NCBI GenBank assembly: GCA_048128005.1
Contig: JBEUKZ010000069.1
Coordinates: 372,001 to 436,000, forward strand
Source of the DNA: Veleropilina oligotropha
Taxonomy: Eukaryota
Direction: 5' to 3'
Length of the DNA: 64,000 nucleotides
The position numbers and the translations under genes are program-made. Below are positions 50,738 to 64,000 of this stretch, one piece after another (the stretch's first letter is position 1; each line of letters begins with the position of its first letter). The notes beneath the pieces were generated by a model, which saw only the letters and a list, made by a program, of their open reading frames with translations, had not been told where the DNA came from and did not search any database.

Positions 50738-52790
50738 AACAAGAAAAAAGTAAGCACAGCTTACATACCGCCCGTTCGGTGCTCTCAATAATTATAATAT
50801 TTCATGTTATATCAGCCATTATTGTTTAAAAAATAGTGTATCTCTGCAGACGCTGGGGCGAAACGATTACTAAACCGTAGTGTCCCCGACTATAGTCTGG
50901 GGATCCAATTATATATATACGATCCCTGGCCAGTTGAGGATAGTGATATTAGACACTGTACTGTACATACATTCTAAGACACCCATGGAATAAATCAATG
51001 AGGAATTCAGTTTTCAAAATCCATCCAATTCATCTGTGTTGATAATTCCAGCTCCACAGGTTGACGAATAAGCTTAACAGCTTATTGCAACTAATCACGG
51101 TGCGCAAGTCTTACAGATAAACATGTCCCTTTCGTCGTACATACATAATATTTGCATATTAAGCAAACAAAATAAATACAGTTACACTTAAACAATTAAA
51201 TTTCAATTTCTGCATAAATAAAAATTTCAGAAACCTTCAAATAGCAAAAGGCACAACCACTAAACTTAGTTAATGTTTGTACCAAGTTTTGAGATGCTAG
51301 CGTGTTCGGGTTTGGCACATATTCTCTGGACAAAGGCGTCGCCCATTATATTCAAACTTAATTATTCGCCATTTTTTTAAAATGCAAATTTCAGAAACCT
51401 GAAACTAGCAAAAGGCACAAGTACTCAGCCTAGTTAATGTGTGTACCATGTTTCGTGAAGTTATCCTGTATGATTGGGAGATATGATTCGGACAAAAACG
51501 CCGTACACCCCATTCGGCGCATTCGTTCACTGTAGTCTATGCCAATCTTATATCAGCGACTTTGTTTAAATACAAAAATAAAAAACCTGAAAATAGCAAA
51601 CGGCACAACGACGTATACCCAACCTAATTAGTGTGCGTACCAAGTTTCATGAATCTAGCATGTACAATTTTGAATATATGCTTCTGACAAAGGCGTCGCC
51701 CATTATATTCAAACTTAATTATTCGCCATTTTTTTTAAATGCAAATTTCAGAAACCTGAGACTAGCAAAATGCACAAGTACTCAGCCTAGTTAATGTGTG
51801 TACCATGTTTCGTGAAGTTATCCTGTATGATTGGGAGATATGCTTCAGACAAAAACGCCGTACACCCCACCCCATTCGGCGCATTCGTTCACTGTAGTCT
51901 ATGTCAATCTTATATCAGCGACTTTTAAAAAAAAAAAAAAAAAACCCTGAAAATAGCAAACGGCACAACGACGTATACCCAACCTAATTAGTGTGCGTAC
52001 CAAGTTTTATGAATCTAGCATGTACAATTTGGAATATATGCTTCTGACAAAGGCGTCGCCCATTATATTCTATGTCAAGCTTATATCCGTTATTTTTTTT
52101 AAATACAAATTTCAGAAACCTATAAATATCAAAATGCACAACTACTCAACCTAGCTAATGTGTATGCCATGCTTCGTGACGCTATCCTGTATGGTTTGGG
52201 AGGTATGCTCCGTACAAAACCGTCACACTCCATTCATCGCCTTCATTCATTGTAGTCTATATTATATGTCAGACTTACATCACTTATTTTTTTTAAATAC
52301 AAATGTCCGAAACCTGAAAATTGCAAAAGCCACAACTACTCAACCTAGTTAATGCGTGTATTAAGTTTAGTGAAGCTAGCCTGTACAGTTTTGGAGATAT
52401 GCTCCTGACAAAAGCGTCCTACATTATAGTCTATGTCAATCCTATATCCGACATTGTTTGTAAAAAAGGCACAAGTACTCAACCTAGTTGATGAGTGTAT
52501 GAAGTTTCGTGAAGTTAGCATGTACGGTTTTGGAGATATGCTCCGGAAAAAAGCGTCATCCATTATAGTATATTTCAATCTTGTATCCGCCATTTTTTGT
52601 AAAAATAAAAATTTCAGAAACCTGAAAATATCAAAAGGCACAATCACTCAACCTAGTTAATGAGTGTATGCAGATTTGTGAAGCTAGCATGTACGGCTTT
52701 GGAAAAAGGCTCCGGACAAAGTCGAATGACCGGAAGGACGGACTGACGGAACGCTATACACCCCCATATATATATACAATATATTTTGTG
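50738..52790 (+). repeat. Helentron-like element carrying a tandem array of ~160-200-bp units
   Basis: About eight units with aatttcagaaacctgaaaatagcaaaaggcacaac...caacctagttaatg...ggagatatgctccggacaaa between ~51220 and 52720, ending in a cggaaggacggactgacgga tract. The 5' boundary is uncertain. Confidence 0.65.
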
Positions 52791-52977
52791 AGGCCGAAAC
52801 TATTTTTGTATACTAGTACTATCTTAAATATTGTATTGACTATGCCAATGACGCAAAATTATACATATATGTGAGCATTTACCAACTTACGACCAAGTTA
52901 CGAATACCCCTTATCAGGGCTAACTTGTTGAGCATATCTCTAGTCCTGCGTAAGCTGCGACCGACATGTGCAACGAG

Positions 52978-53132
52978 CGTAAATACTTAAGCCCGACTAA
53001 ATCGGTAGACACGTCCAGACTAAGACTTACGCATCGGTCATGCAACCAGCCACTGGCGAAAATATTTAAGCCCGACTAAACAGGTAGATCATACGTCCAG
53101 ACTAAGACTTACGCCTCGGTCATGCAACCAGT
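52978..53132 (+). repeat. Two-copy ~80-bp tandem duplication
   Basis: ttaagcccgactaaa...gtccagactaagacttacgc..cggtcatgcaaccag occurs twice. Confidence 0.75.
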
Positions 53133-54189
53133 AAATTCACATCGGATATTGTGTACAACATTTTAACCGGTTCACCGCATACTTTAAAATGGCGTCCCTA
53201 ATTTGTTGGAGTGCGGATGTTGAGTTATTCGGTAAGAATCGTATTCATTCACTATATTAAGAAGCCGTACATACAAATGGAACATTGCACTGCATCACGT
53301 AAAATAGCGTTTGGGTGAACTGACGCTTCAGTTAAGTATATGTTTGCATGACCGAAATACAATTTGATTTCCAAGAAACAATGAATGGAATACAAACATT
53401 TCGGTCCTGTGGAAATTCGATGACAAATCTGTGGAGAGTTGCCTTCCATTTTTTCGGCCAATGTTAACATTTTCATTCATATTGTAGTCGGATCACCCGT
53501 CTTAAACTCTCTATCTGAAAAGACGATTTATAATTGTATACATATTTATATATATCAGCGTACGTGAAAGCCTGATTGGTTGGTTAAGTTGTTGCTTTAT
53601 ATTCATGCACTCAGCACTTTGTAGATATAATTGGAACTGATCGGCGTGGGTTTGTTTTCGATAACAATCAGGGTAATGTAGACTTGAATGCAGTCATAGT
53701 TCTTATATTGAGACAACGACAGCATTAATCTGAATAAATATGAAGTAGACCCAAATCTGGGATGGTCACTTCGGGTGATTGTTCAGCCAACAAAAAAAAA
53801 ATTAATCAACATATAATAGCAAGCTTAAAGAGACTATTGCCCGTAAATACGCTTAAATACACGAGTTGTCTCAGGCACGCGTTGTCCTGAATCCCGCTAT
53901 TGCACGGTTCGCGAAGATTGATCCAAATGTCGCGAAGATATGATCGATATATGATAAAATGATAGACTTGTATTGAAATTATTATTGTATCTGGGCAATA
54001 TTTTTCTTCACACCCCACACTCTTTGTTGCACTCGCTTAGAGCGAAACATGCAATCATGGGCTGTGTTGACCTTTATTCCTTTGAGGGATATGTTAAGCT
54101 AAAATTTGATATATTATTATCCCAGATTAAGTCCATTAAACAACAAATATCCCCAAATGTCTTACTGGTGACATAACTTGTTTGGTCTA

Positions 54190-54192
<3 letters not shown>

Positions 54193-54278
<86 letters not shown>
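54193..54278. repeat. (AT)n microsatellite
   Basis: Visible directly in the sequence. Confidence 0.95.
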
Positions 54279-54284
<6 letters not shown>

Positions 54285-54771
54285 GTTACATGGTTTGTTA
54301 GTGACCTAATATGGATATTTATTGGGTGAGTGGGATTTCATATTGGACGAGGCGGAGACCATGTAACCTATATATCATGGCAACGACCTAATGGTTTAAT
54401 TATATTTTACATGAGAATACAGTTGTAATAATAAATTCATTGAATGTCTTAATATTGAGATAAAATAAATTTTAATAACGTAATATACGGTGATAAATAC
54501 ATACTATACATGAATTTTACCATACAGCAAGTGTTTTAATTATTTTGGCCTTATCCTCTAGTGTAGACAATGCAAATCTCTTCGCCATTATGTAATTAAC
54601 GCAGTTAGGAATTCGAGAAATGGGTGTCGGCTGCTAACAGAAATAGCAACAAGGGAAGTAACTCTCGCATCGACGTAATATGAAAGTCTACTGACAGTAT
54701 ATGAAAATATATTACGTCGGCACGTGACGCGATGCAGCCAATGAATGGGCTGCGTGGCTGTCGGAGTCATG

Positions 54772-57727
<2,956 letters not shown>

Positions 57728-57939
57728 TGTCGATCGTGTCAATCGGGGACATTCATGTGTAGGGAACCTGTCAAATGGGGACACCCACCAACCGGGGACG
57801 TCCCCGGTTGTCCTGAAGCTGAAAATGGCCTTCTCGAGGCGTTTTACAGTGCCCAGATATAAAAATAATCGTTTTCAGTCCATGTCCCCATTTACCCAAT
57901 TTCAGACGGACCAGACTATACACACGATTTTCAGTGTCA

Positions 57940-58185
57940 TTTTGATCCATACACACAGGTCCCCAGTTGCGCATCGCAGGACGGACCAAATTGATGTCCC
58001 CGGTTGTGCTATTCCCAACATGATTCATACACACAATGTCAAGTCCCCAGTTGCGCATCGCCGGACGGATCAAATTGATGTCCCCGATTGTGCTATTCCG
58101 AACATGATTCATACACACAATGTCAGGTCTCTAGTTTCGCATGAATGTAAGGGGCCAAATTAGTGTCCATGGTTGTGCTGTTCTG
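57940..58185 (+). repeat. Short tandem repeat, ~84-bp unit, 2-3 copies
   Basis: catacacac...gtccccagttgcgcatcgc.ggacgga.caaattgatgtcccc..ttgtgctattcc is repeated. Confidence 0.75.
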
Positions 58186-58789
58186 AACAGATGGCAACAA
58201 CAACTGGGTGCGTATAGTTTTATTTCACTACGCCAACGAACGGGTCAATATATAATAATACAAGTTTAGTTTAGTAAATTTGAGACATAACGTCGAGTCA
58301 CTGTTGTAGCCGCTTCAAATATTGAAGTATATTATTATTATAATTTAGGATTCTAGAGAATATTTGATCTTGAATGTAAATAATTAAAACGCTCTCAATG
58401 TAGAGTACATTCTGATATCCGCAATTGGCTTTGTTTATAACACTCGGTTTGTGTTATCTTATCGGAAAAACCCGCGCGTCTTGGTTTAACTGCAGGCCTT
58501 TCCGATTAGGCAGCCATACCTCGTTGCATTTTTAAAGCCCAACTTTCCACACCCGCCGAAGTTAACTTGGGCACTACCCAGGTTAACTTCGGCAGTGCCT
58601 AAGTTAACTCCGTCAGAGCCCAACTTGCCTCGACAAGTTACAAGTTAACCTCGGCAGGAAGCCTCGTTTTGTATTTCTTTCTATAAATAATAGGCTTATA
58701 TATGGAGACTACTGAGCTCGATGTAATGAGTTTTTAATACAAATAATTTTTATCCAGTATTTAAATATTTTGTCACGTCTTTTAACGAC

Positions 58790-59600
58790 CATAGTAACCC
58801 TCTCAAGTTCACCATATAGAAAATAATTTGATTGCCTTCGTTAAATTTGTAAAGTTTTTCTACAAATTTCGTATGGAATTTTCAACTTCGTCAGCTTTGT
58901 GGAAACCCCTAACGTTAGCTGCGTAGTTCAATACCGGGCTTACAAGTGTATCAAACATATTATGTTGAGTCTGTAATGGAAATTTATAACTATTAATTAT
59001 ATGTATTAAACCACTCAATGCCCGTTCGCCTTGCTGAGATTTTCGTTTTTGTGTATAATTAAGATTTCCACTTTTGTGTAAGAGTACGCCAAGATATGTG
59101 AAAGCGTCTAGCTGTTCGATAGTTACATCATTATAGATCAATTCGAAGTGAGGTTGTGATCGTTTCCTTGTAAATATGACAATTTTTTTTTTATTGATTT
59201 TGACAGATATATTCCATTTCTCGCAATATTTTGAGAGATGGTAAAGTTTGTTCTGTAGTGCTAAACCAGGTTTAGCGAATAACACAGCGTCATCCGCAAA
59301 GAGTAAGGAGAATAGTATGATAGTTTCAATCGATATTACATCACTGATATTATGAGGATTATAATTAGACATAAAATCAGTAACAAAAAACAAGAAAAAA
59401 GGGGAGTCATTGGTTCACCTGGCTTCACACATTGATGACTTCTAAATGTATTTGAAACCAGGAAATCGTGGTTAACACATACATCGACCTGCGGGTACAT
59501 TAACCATCTTAATAATGTTGTTGCCTTCCATGCATGGTTTATAATAAAGGATATCTCTATTCACCTTATCGAAATCTTTCTCATAGTCAATGAAAGCGTG
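58790..59600 (-). pseudogene. LINE reverse transcriptase fragment
   Basis: AFIDYEKDFDKVNR, LLFADDAVLFA, FTYLGV and FDTLVSPVLNYA motifs; frameshifted. Confidence 0.8.
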
Positions 59601-60719
59601 TGGGGGAAATGGCAGTGCAAACGCCGTACTTGTTACTAACTGCTATGAACAACCGCCACTAAAATGGTACGAGTCAAATTTTCCTTTTTCGTCACAATCG
59701 AACTGCTGAAGAAAATTTTAACAATTAAAGTTGAGAAATAACCCCTCCTGCATTACTCCAGTGCCAAAGGTAATAGTAATACAATTCAGCTTTAATAATT
59801 TGGGGTATTCTTAAAGTCATTTGTATCAGGTTTGACATTTTGTTTTACTTTGCTTGACCAGCTTTGGGGGGGGGGGGACGACAATAACGTGAGCTTCCCG
59901 AGCTTTCACTATATATCGTCTTTCAAATATTTTACGTCACTTCCTTTCACATTTTAGCGGAGCGGGATCGGTTGGTCATTGGTTGACTCGTCAGACATTT
60001 AACGGATACCTTTTGGTAATCTCGATTTTCAACCCAGCTGTCGGCTCATTCTATACCACTTAAAATAATAGAAGAAGGTTGTCCTATAATGTTATGTGGG
60101 CAGTCAACATTCATAAAGTTGGCATTTTACCAGTATATAGCAGATCACCAATGTGGGCGGTTGTCTTGGAAAGGAAAGTATTGATGCTTAATGTCCTGTA
60201 TATTTCCAACCATCATTTTGTTCAAATCAGGACATATCCGCATTATCTAGGGATGAAAGCCCGGTCGCTCGAGGAAACCCGTTCCCTCCGACCAGTTACG
60301 GACAACTTTGATTCATAACTTGAACAAATGTGTGCTGGCCCAGCCGAGGTCTGAACCCACTACTGTTCGCGTCAGCGGAATCAAGCCGGTGATTTTTCAG
60401 AGTCCACAACCGATACCACATAGCTGTCGAAACGGCCCAGTTTTCTTGTATATATACTGGGAATTAATTTTATCGTTATATACGACATATCATCTTTGTT
60501 GAACTGTAAGAAAACAATATGGAACTGCTAATTGTTACTACCCCATTCGATAAATAGAGACATGATAATTCGTGCTAATTTAAGATATAACTGGAGTTTC
60601 CGAAGTTTTCACTATAAATGCATGTACTTTCCACAGATCACCATTGTAGAACAATGAACATTTCCTGCAAGTGGACGACGCGTTCTAGCCCTTCACACAA
60701 TAGAACGCATATGTTTTGT

Positions 60720-61040
60720 ATCGCGGTAATTGACATGAAAGACGGGAAGGATATAAGAGTGGTGTTCTGTGACATTAGCAAAGCGTTTGATAGAGTATGG
60801 CATCGTGGATTATTATTCAAATTAAGACAAGTAGGCATATCTGGTCCTTTATCGAGATGGTATCAATATTACTAGACGAACGATCACAGTGCGTTGTTAT
60901 CGCAGATTCACAGTCAGACAACCTTAAGGTCAGAGCTGGATTACCACAAGGGTCAATTATTGGCCCTCTATTGTTTTGTATATGCATATATGGCATAGGT
61001 ATAGATATTAACGCTGGTATTTAATTATTTGCAGATATTT
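60720..61040 (+). pseudogene. CR1-like LINE reverse transcriptase fragment
   Basis: VVFCDISKAFDRVWHRGLLFKL, RSQCVV, AGLPQGSIIGPLLF and LFAD. Confidence 0.85.
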
Positions 61041-61160
61041 AACTGATTGGCCTTTTCCGATTGGATAACACAAACCGAGTGATAAAACCCACTTCAACCA
61101 TTACAAAAATAAAATCATAAAAATGGTTTAATAAAATATTCACGACGCACTCGTTACATC

Positions 61161-61640
61161 ATTTTTGTCTCGCCCGAAGGGAAAGAGGCTATAGGTATTG
61201 ATTTTCTGTCGGCGACTGCGACGACGACGGCGTCGTCAACAATTGTTAAAGTTTTGCGTTTAGCTCTGTTTCTGAAACAGTATATGTAACAGATCAACAT
61301 AACTTGGACCATAGATGCTTCATGGGGACTGTTGTGTACCGTGACTATGTCATCATAGTAATCTGTGTTAAGTTTTTGCGTTTGGCTCTGTTTTTCAAAA
61401 AGTATAAGTTCTATAGAGATCAACATAATTTGGACCATAGATGCTTCATGGGCACACTGATGTTTTATGAATGCTTCGAATGCTTGATATATAACCTAGA
61501 TTGTATGTACCGTGACTTTGTCATCATAGTCAGTTAAGTTTTTACGTTAAGTTTTTGCGTTTAGCTCTGTTGCTCAAAAGGTATGTGTTCCCGATCAATT
61601 ACATTTACACCATAGATGCTTCATAAGTGTATGAGCTGAG
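61161..61640. mobile_element. Helentron-like non-autonomous element with internal tandem units
   Basis: Starts tttttgtctcgcccgaaggg, then a (cga)n/(cgt)n tract and about three units containing aagtttttgcgtttagctctgtt...ccatagatgcttcat. Confidence 0.45.
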
Positions 61641-61843
61641 GGAGGCACATACATGTTAATCCTTCCGCTTTGTACCCCCTCACACCACCACCCCAAAAAT
61701 GTATGAAGACGTTACATGATTTATTTTCGCTACACCTACCCACTATAGCAGTTATTATGAAAAGTTTAATTATACCTTGTAATATTGAGGATAGAAAAGT
61801 AACAGAGATATATTCCTTTTTTGTTAATTTACTTATGTAAGTA

Positions 61844-63376
61844 TACTGAGTCAAAAAAGAAACTTCACATTATTTCTTCTGGGCATAAAAAAGAACAAGA
61901 GATGATAAAATGGTTAAATTGTTATTATTTCATTGCTGAGATGTGTGTGATGTACTCGATACACTGACAGTGCCACAATCAGTTCCATTAGGCTACACCG
62001 CCGTTCCAAAACACGTGTATACAGAATGTCAAGTCACAAGAATAGAAATTCGAAATTTCTCAGTTCAATATCGTGTATGGCCGCCTCGCGCATTCACCAC
62101 TGCCAAACACCGTCTCCTCATCGACCGCCTGATGTTTGTGAACACGTGGTTGGGGATTCTGCGCCATTGCTCTTGCAAGGCAGCGCCAAGTTCCTGCAAA
62201 TTCTGTGGTTGGTGTCTAAGACCACGAAGCCTTCTCCCAAGTGCATCCCAAACGTGCTCGATTGGATTAAGGTCAGGGGACCTTGATGGCCAGTCCATGA
62301 CGTTGATTCCAGCGTTTTGAAGGAAATTTCGTGTCAACATCGCGGTATGCGGCAGCGCATTATCATGCTGGAAATGTAGACCTGGGCCATGAGCCGCCAT
62401 GAAAGGAACGAGTTCAGGGATGAGCACCTGGTCGCGATAAGCAGCAGCTGTGATGTTTCCACGAATGACCAGAAGTCGAGAACGGTTGTTCCCACAGAAA
62501 GCACCCAACACCATGCAACTTCCGCCCCCGAATATGTCCACTTCCTGCACACAACACTGGGCATACCGTTCACGACGTCGTCTCCAGACTCTATGCCTGC
62601 CGTCCGCGAATCTGAGGGTAAACCTTGATTCATCGCTAAAGACGACTCGATTCCAGTCTCTTTGGGTCCATCGGAGGTGACGTTGGGCCCACAGCAGACG
62701 TTGACGTCGATGAAATGGCGTAAATATTGGCCCACGATATGGACGTCGAGGATGGAGATTGGCAGCCCGCAACCGATTTCGAATGGTCTGTGAGGACAGT
62801 CGACCTCTAAACATCTCAGCCCTGGTTCGTGCAGCCGGCAGAAATCTGTCACGTAGGTGACGTAGGACGATGTAACGGTCTTCTGCTCGTGACGTTACAC
62901 GTGGACGACCCGACCTTGGGCGATCAGAAGTGGTGCCAGTTTCTTGTAGACGAATTCGCAAGTCATACACAGTACGACGGCTGCATCCCATTGCTCTTGC
63001 GACGTCAATAACTGATCTTCCCGCGTGTAACATGCCAACGGCACGTTCACGTTGCACATTTGACAATCGTGGCATTTAAAGTACCGTTAGAACCGTGGTT
63101 TCAAAGTGTTTTTTCAATTCCTGAGGCCAATGCAAACAAGTGCAAATGAAATCAACATCGATGTGAAGATTACGTGACCGACTGCACGTGCAAAACCTGA
63201 TTTGGCACTAACGTCATTTGCACGAGGAATGGATGAGTTTGAGGGGGGTTTGCTAACGTTTTTCTAGCGTCGAACGATAGGGATCCCATTTCGGATACAT
63301 AGATGTATCATCAGAGAAAAATTATTCATTACTTTTTCAAATTACACAAAAGTGAAGTTTCTTTTTTGACTCAGTA
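61844..63376. mobile_element. Tc1/mariner DNA transposon
   Basis: Perfect 25-bp TIRs (tactgagtcaaaaaagaaacttcac) with TA on both sides. Confidence 0.95.
62065..63075 (-). CDS. Tc1 transposase (DD34E), intact ORF
   Basis: N-terminal HTH with RSGRPR, then VFSDES, FQHDNALPH and WPSRSPDLNPIEH (34 residues between D and E), ending GGHTRY. Confidence 0.95.
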   Translation of the reverse strand: MPRLSNVQRERAVGMLHAGRSVIDVARAMGCSRRTVYDLRIRLQETGTTSDRPRSGRPRVTSRAEDRYIVLRHLRDRFLPAARTRAEMFRGRLSSQTIRNRLRAANLHPRRPYRGPIFTPFHRRQRLLWAQRHLRWTQRDWNRVVFSDESRFTLRFADGRHRVWRRRRERYAQCCVQEVDIFGGGSCMVLGAFCGNNRSRLLVIRGNITAAAYRDQVLIPELVPFMAAHGPGLHFQHDNALPHTAMLTRNFLQNAGINVMDWPSRSPDLNPIEHVWDALGRRLRGLRHQPQNLQELGAALQEQWRRIPNHVFTNIRRSMRRRCLAVVNARGGHTRY

Positions 63377-64000
63377 TATTATGTCTGTACGATGAAAGGG
63401 ACATATGCTTATCTGTAAGATTTGCTCACCGCTAATAGGCATAGTAAGCTGTTAAGCTTAATGGTCACTGAGATGCTGGGATTGCCAAAATCAGATGAAT
63501 TTTGAAAACTGGCTTCACCATTGGTTTATTCCATGGGTATCTTGAGATGGCAGTATATATTGCCATTACAAGAACAAAATGTACCCTCTTCAACTGGTCA
63601 TGGCATACATGTTATGAATTCAGCTCAGATATATTGAAATGCAAAACGGAATTGATTATTGGTTATCATTTGGGGAGGCAACCTCGCCGACCGCATAATG
63701 GAGACAATGATGAACTGATGTTTAACAACCACGGCAACAGTATTTGAGAGAGAGAGGGTGAGAGAGAGAGGGGGAGGGAGAGGGAGGAGAGGTCTTACAT
63801 TACTATGTTTTGACCAGCACTGCATGTTAGGTAGTACTTCTGAGTCCTAACTTTACAAATGGAAATGTCTACTTTCCAAATTTGAAGCGGGGACGGGCGA
63901 GATATATAATTCCGCGGAATTTCTTGTGCTAGTAATATATACTTATTATCATAGATCCGGGTAATTTTGCATAGGGCCAAAGTGTTTAATAACAACCATA

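Overview
AT-rich, repeat-dense animal genomic DNA. The repeat types suggest a marine invertebrate, possibly a mollusc; this is inference. The centrepiece is a complete, GC-richer ~15.3-kb integrated Polinton/Maverick-like endogenous virus (22185-37440) with AG...CT termini, ~190-bp terminal inverted repeats (TIRs) and an ACACG target-site duplication (TSD). It encodes an rve integrase, an A32-type packaging ATPase, probable major and minor jelly-roll capsid proteins and several membrane proteins. In place of a canonical proofreading pPolB it has one reconstructed ~1290-aa polyprotein: helical N-terminal region, OTU-like protease, divergent family-B polymerase, SF1 helicase and HNH nuclease. 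I see no adenain-type maturation protease. Most viral genes carry one or two lesions, so this copy is a recent fossil. It lies between two inverted paralogous C2H2 zinc-finger loci. The window also holds the 5' end of a BEL/Pao LTR retrotransposon with an apparently open gag ORF, a two-gene PIF/Harbinger transposon, an intact Tc1 (DD34E) transposon, LINE fragments, MITE/foldback and Helentron-like elements, and long microsatellites. All protein calls come from motif reading by eye; no database search was run.
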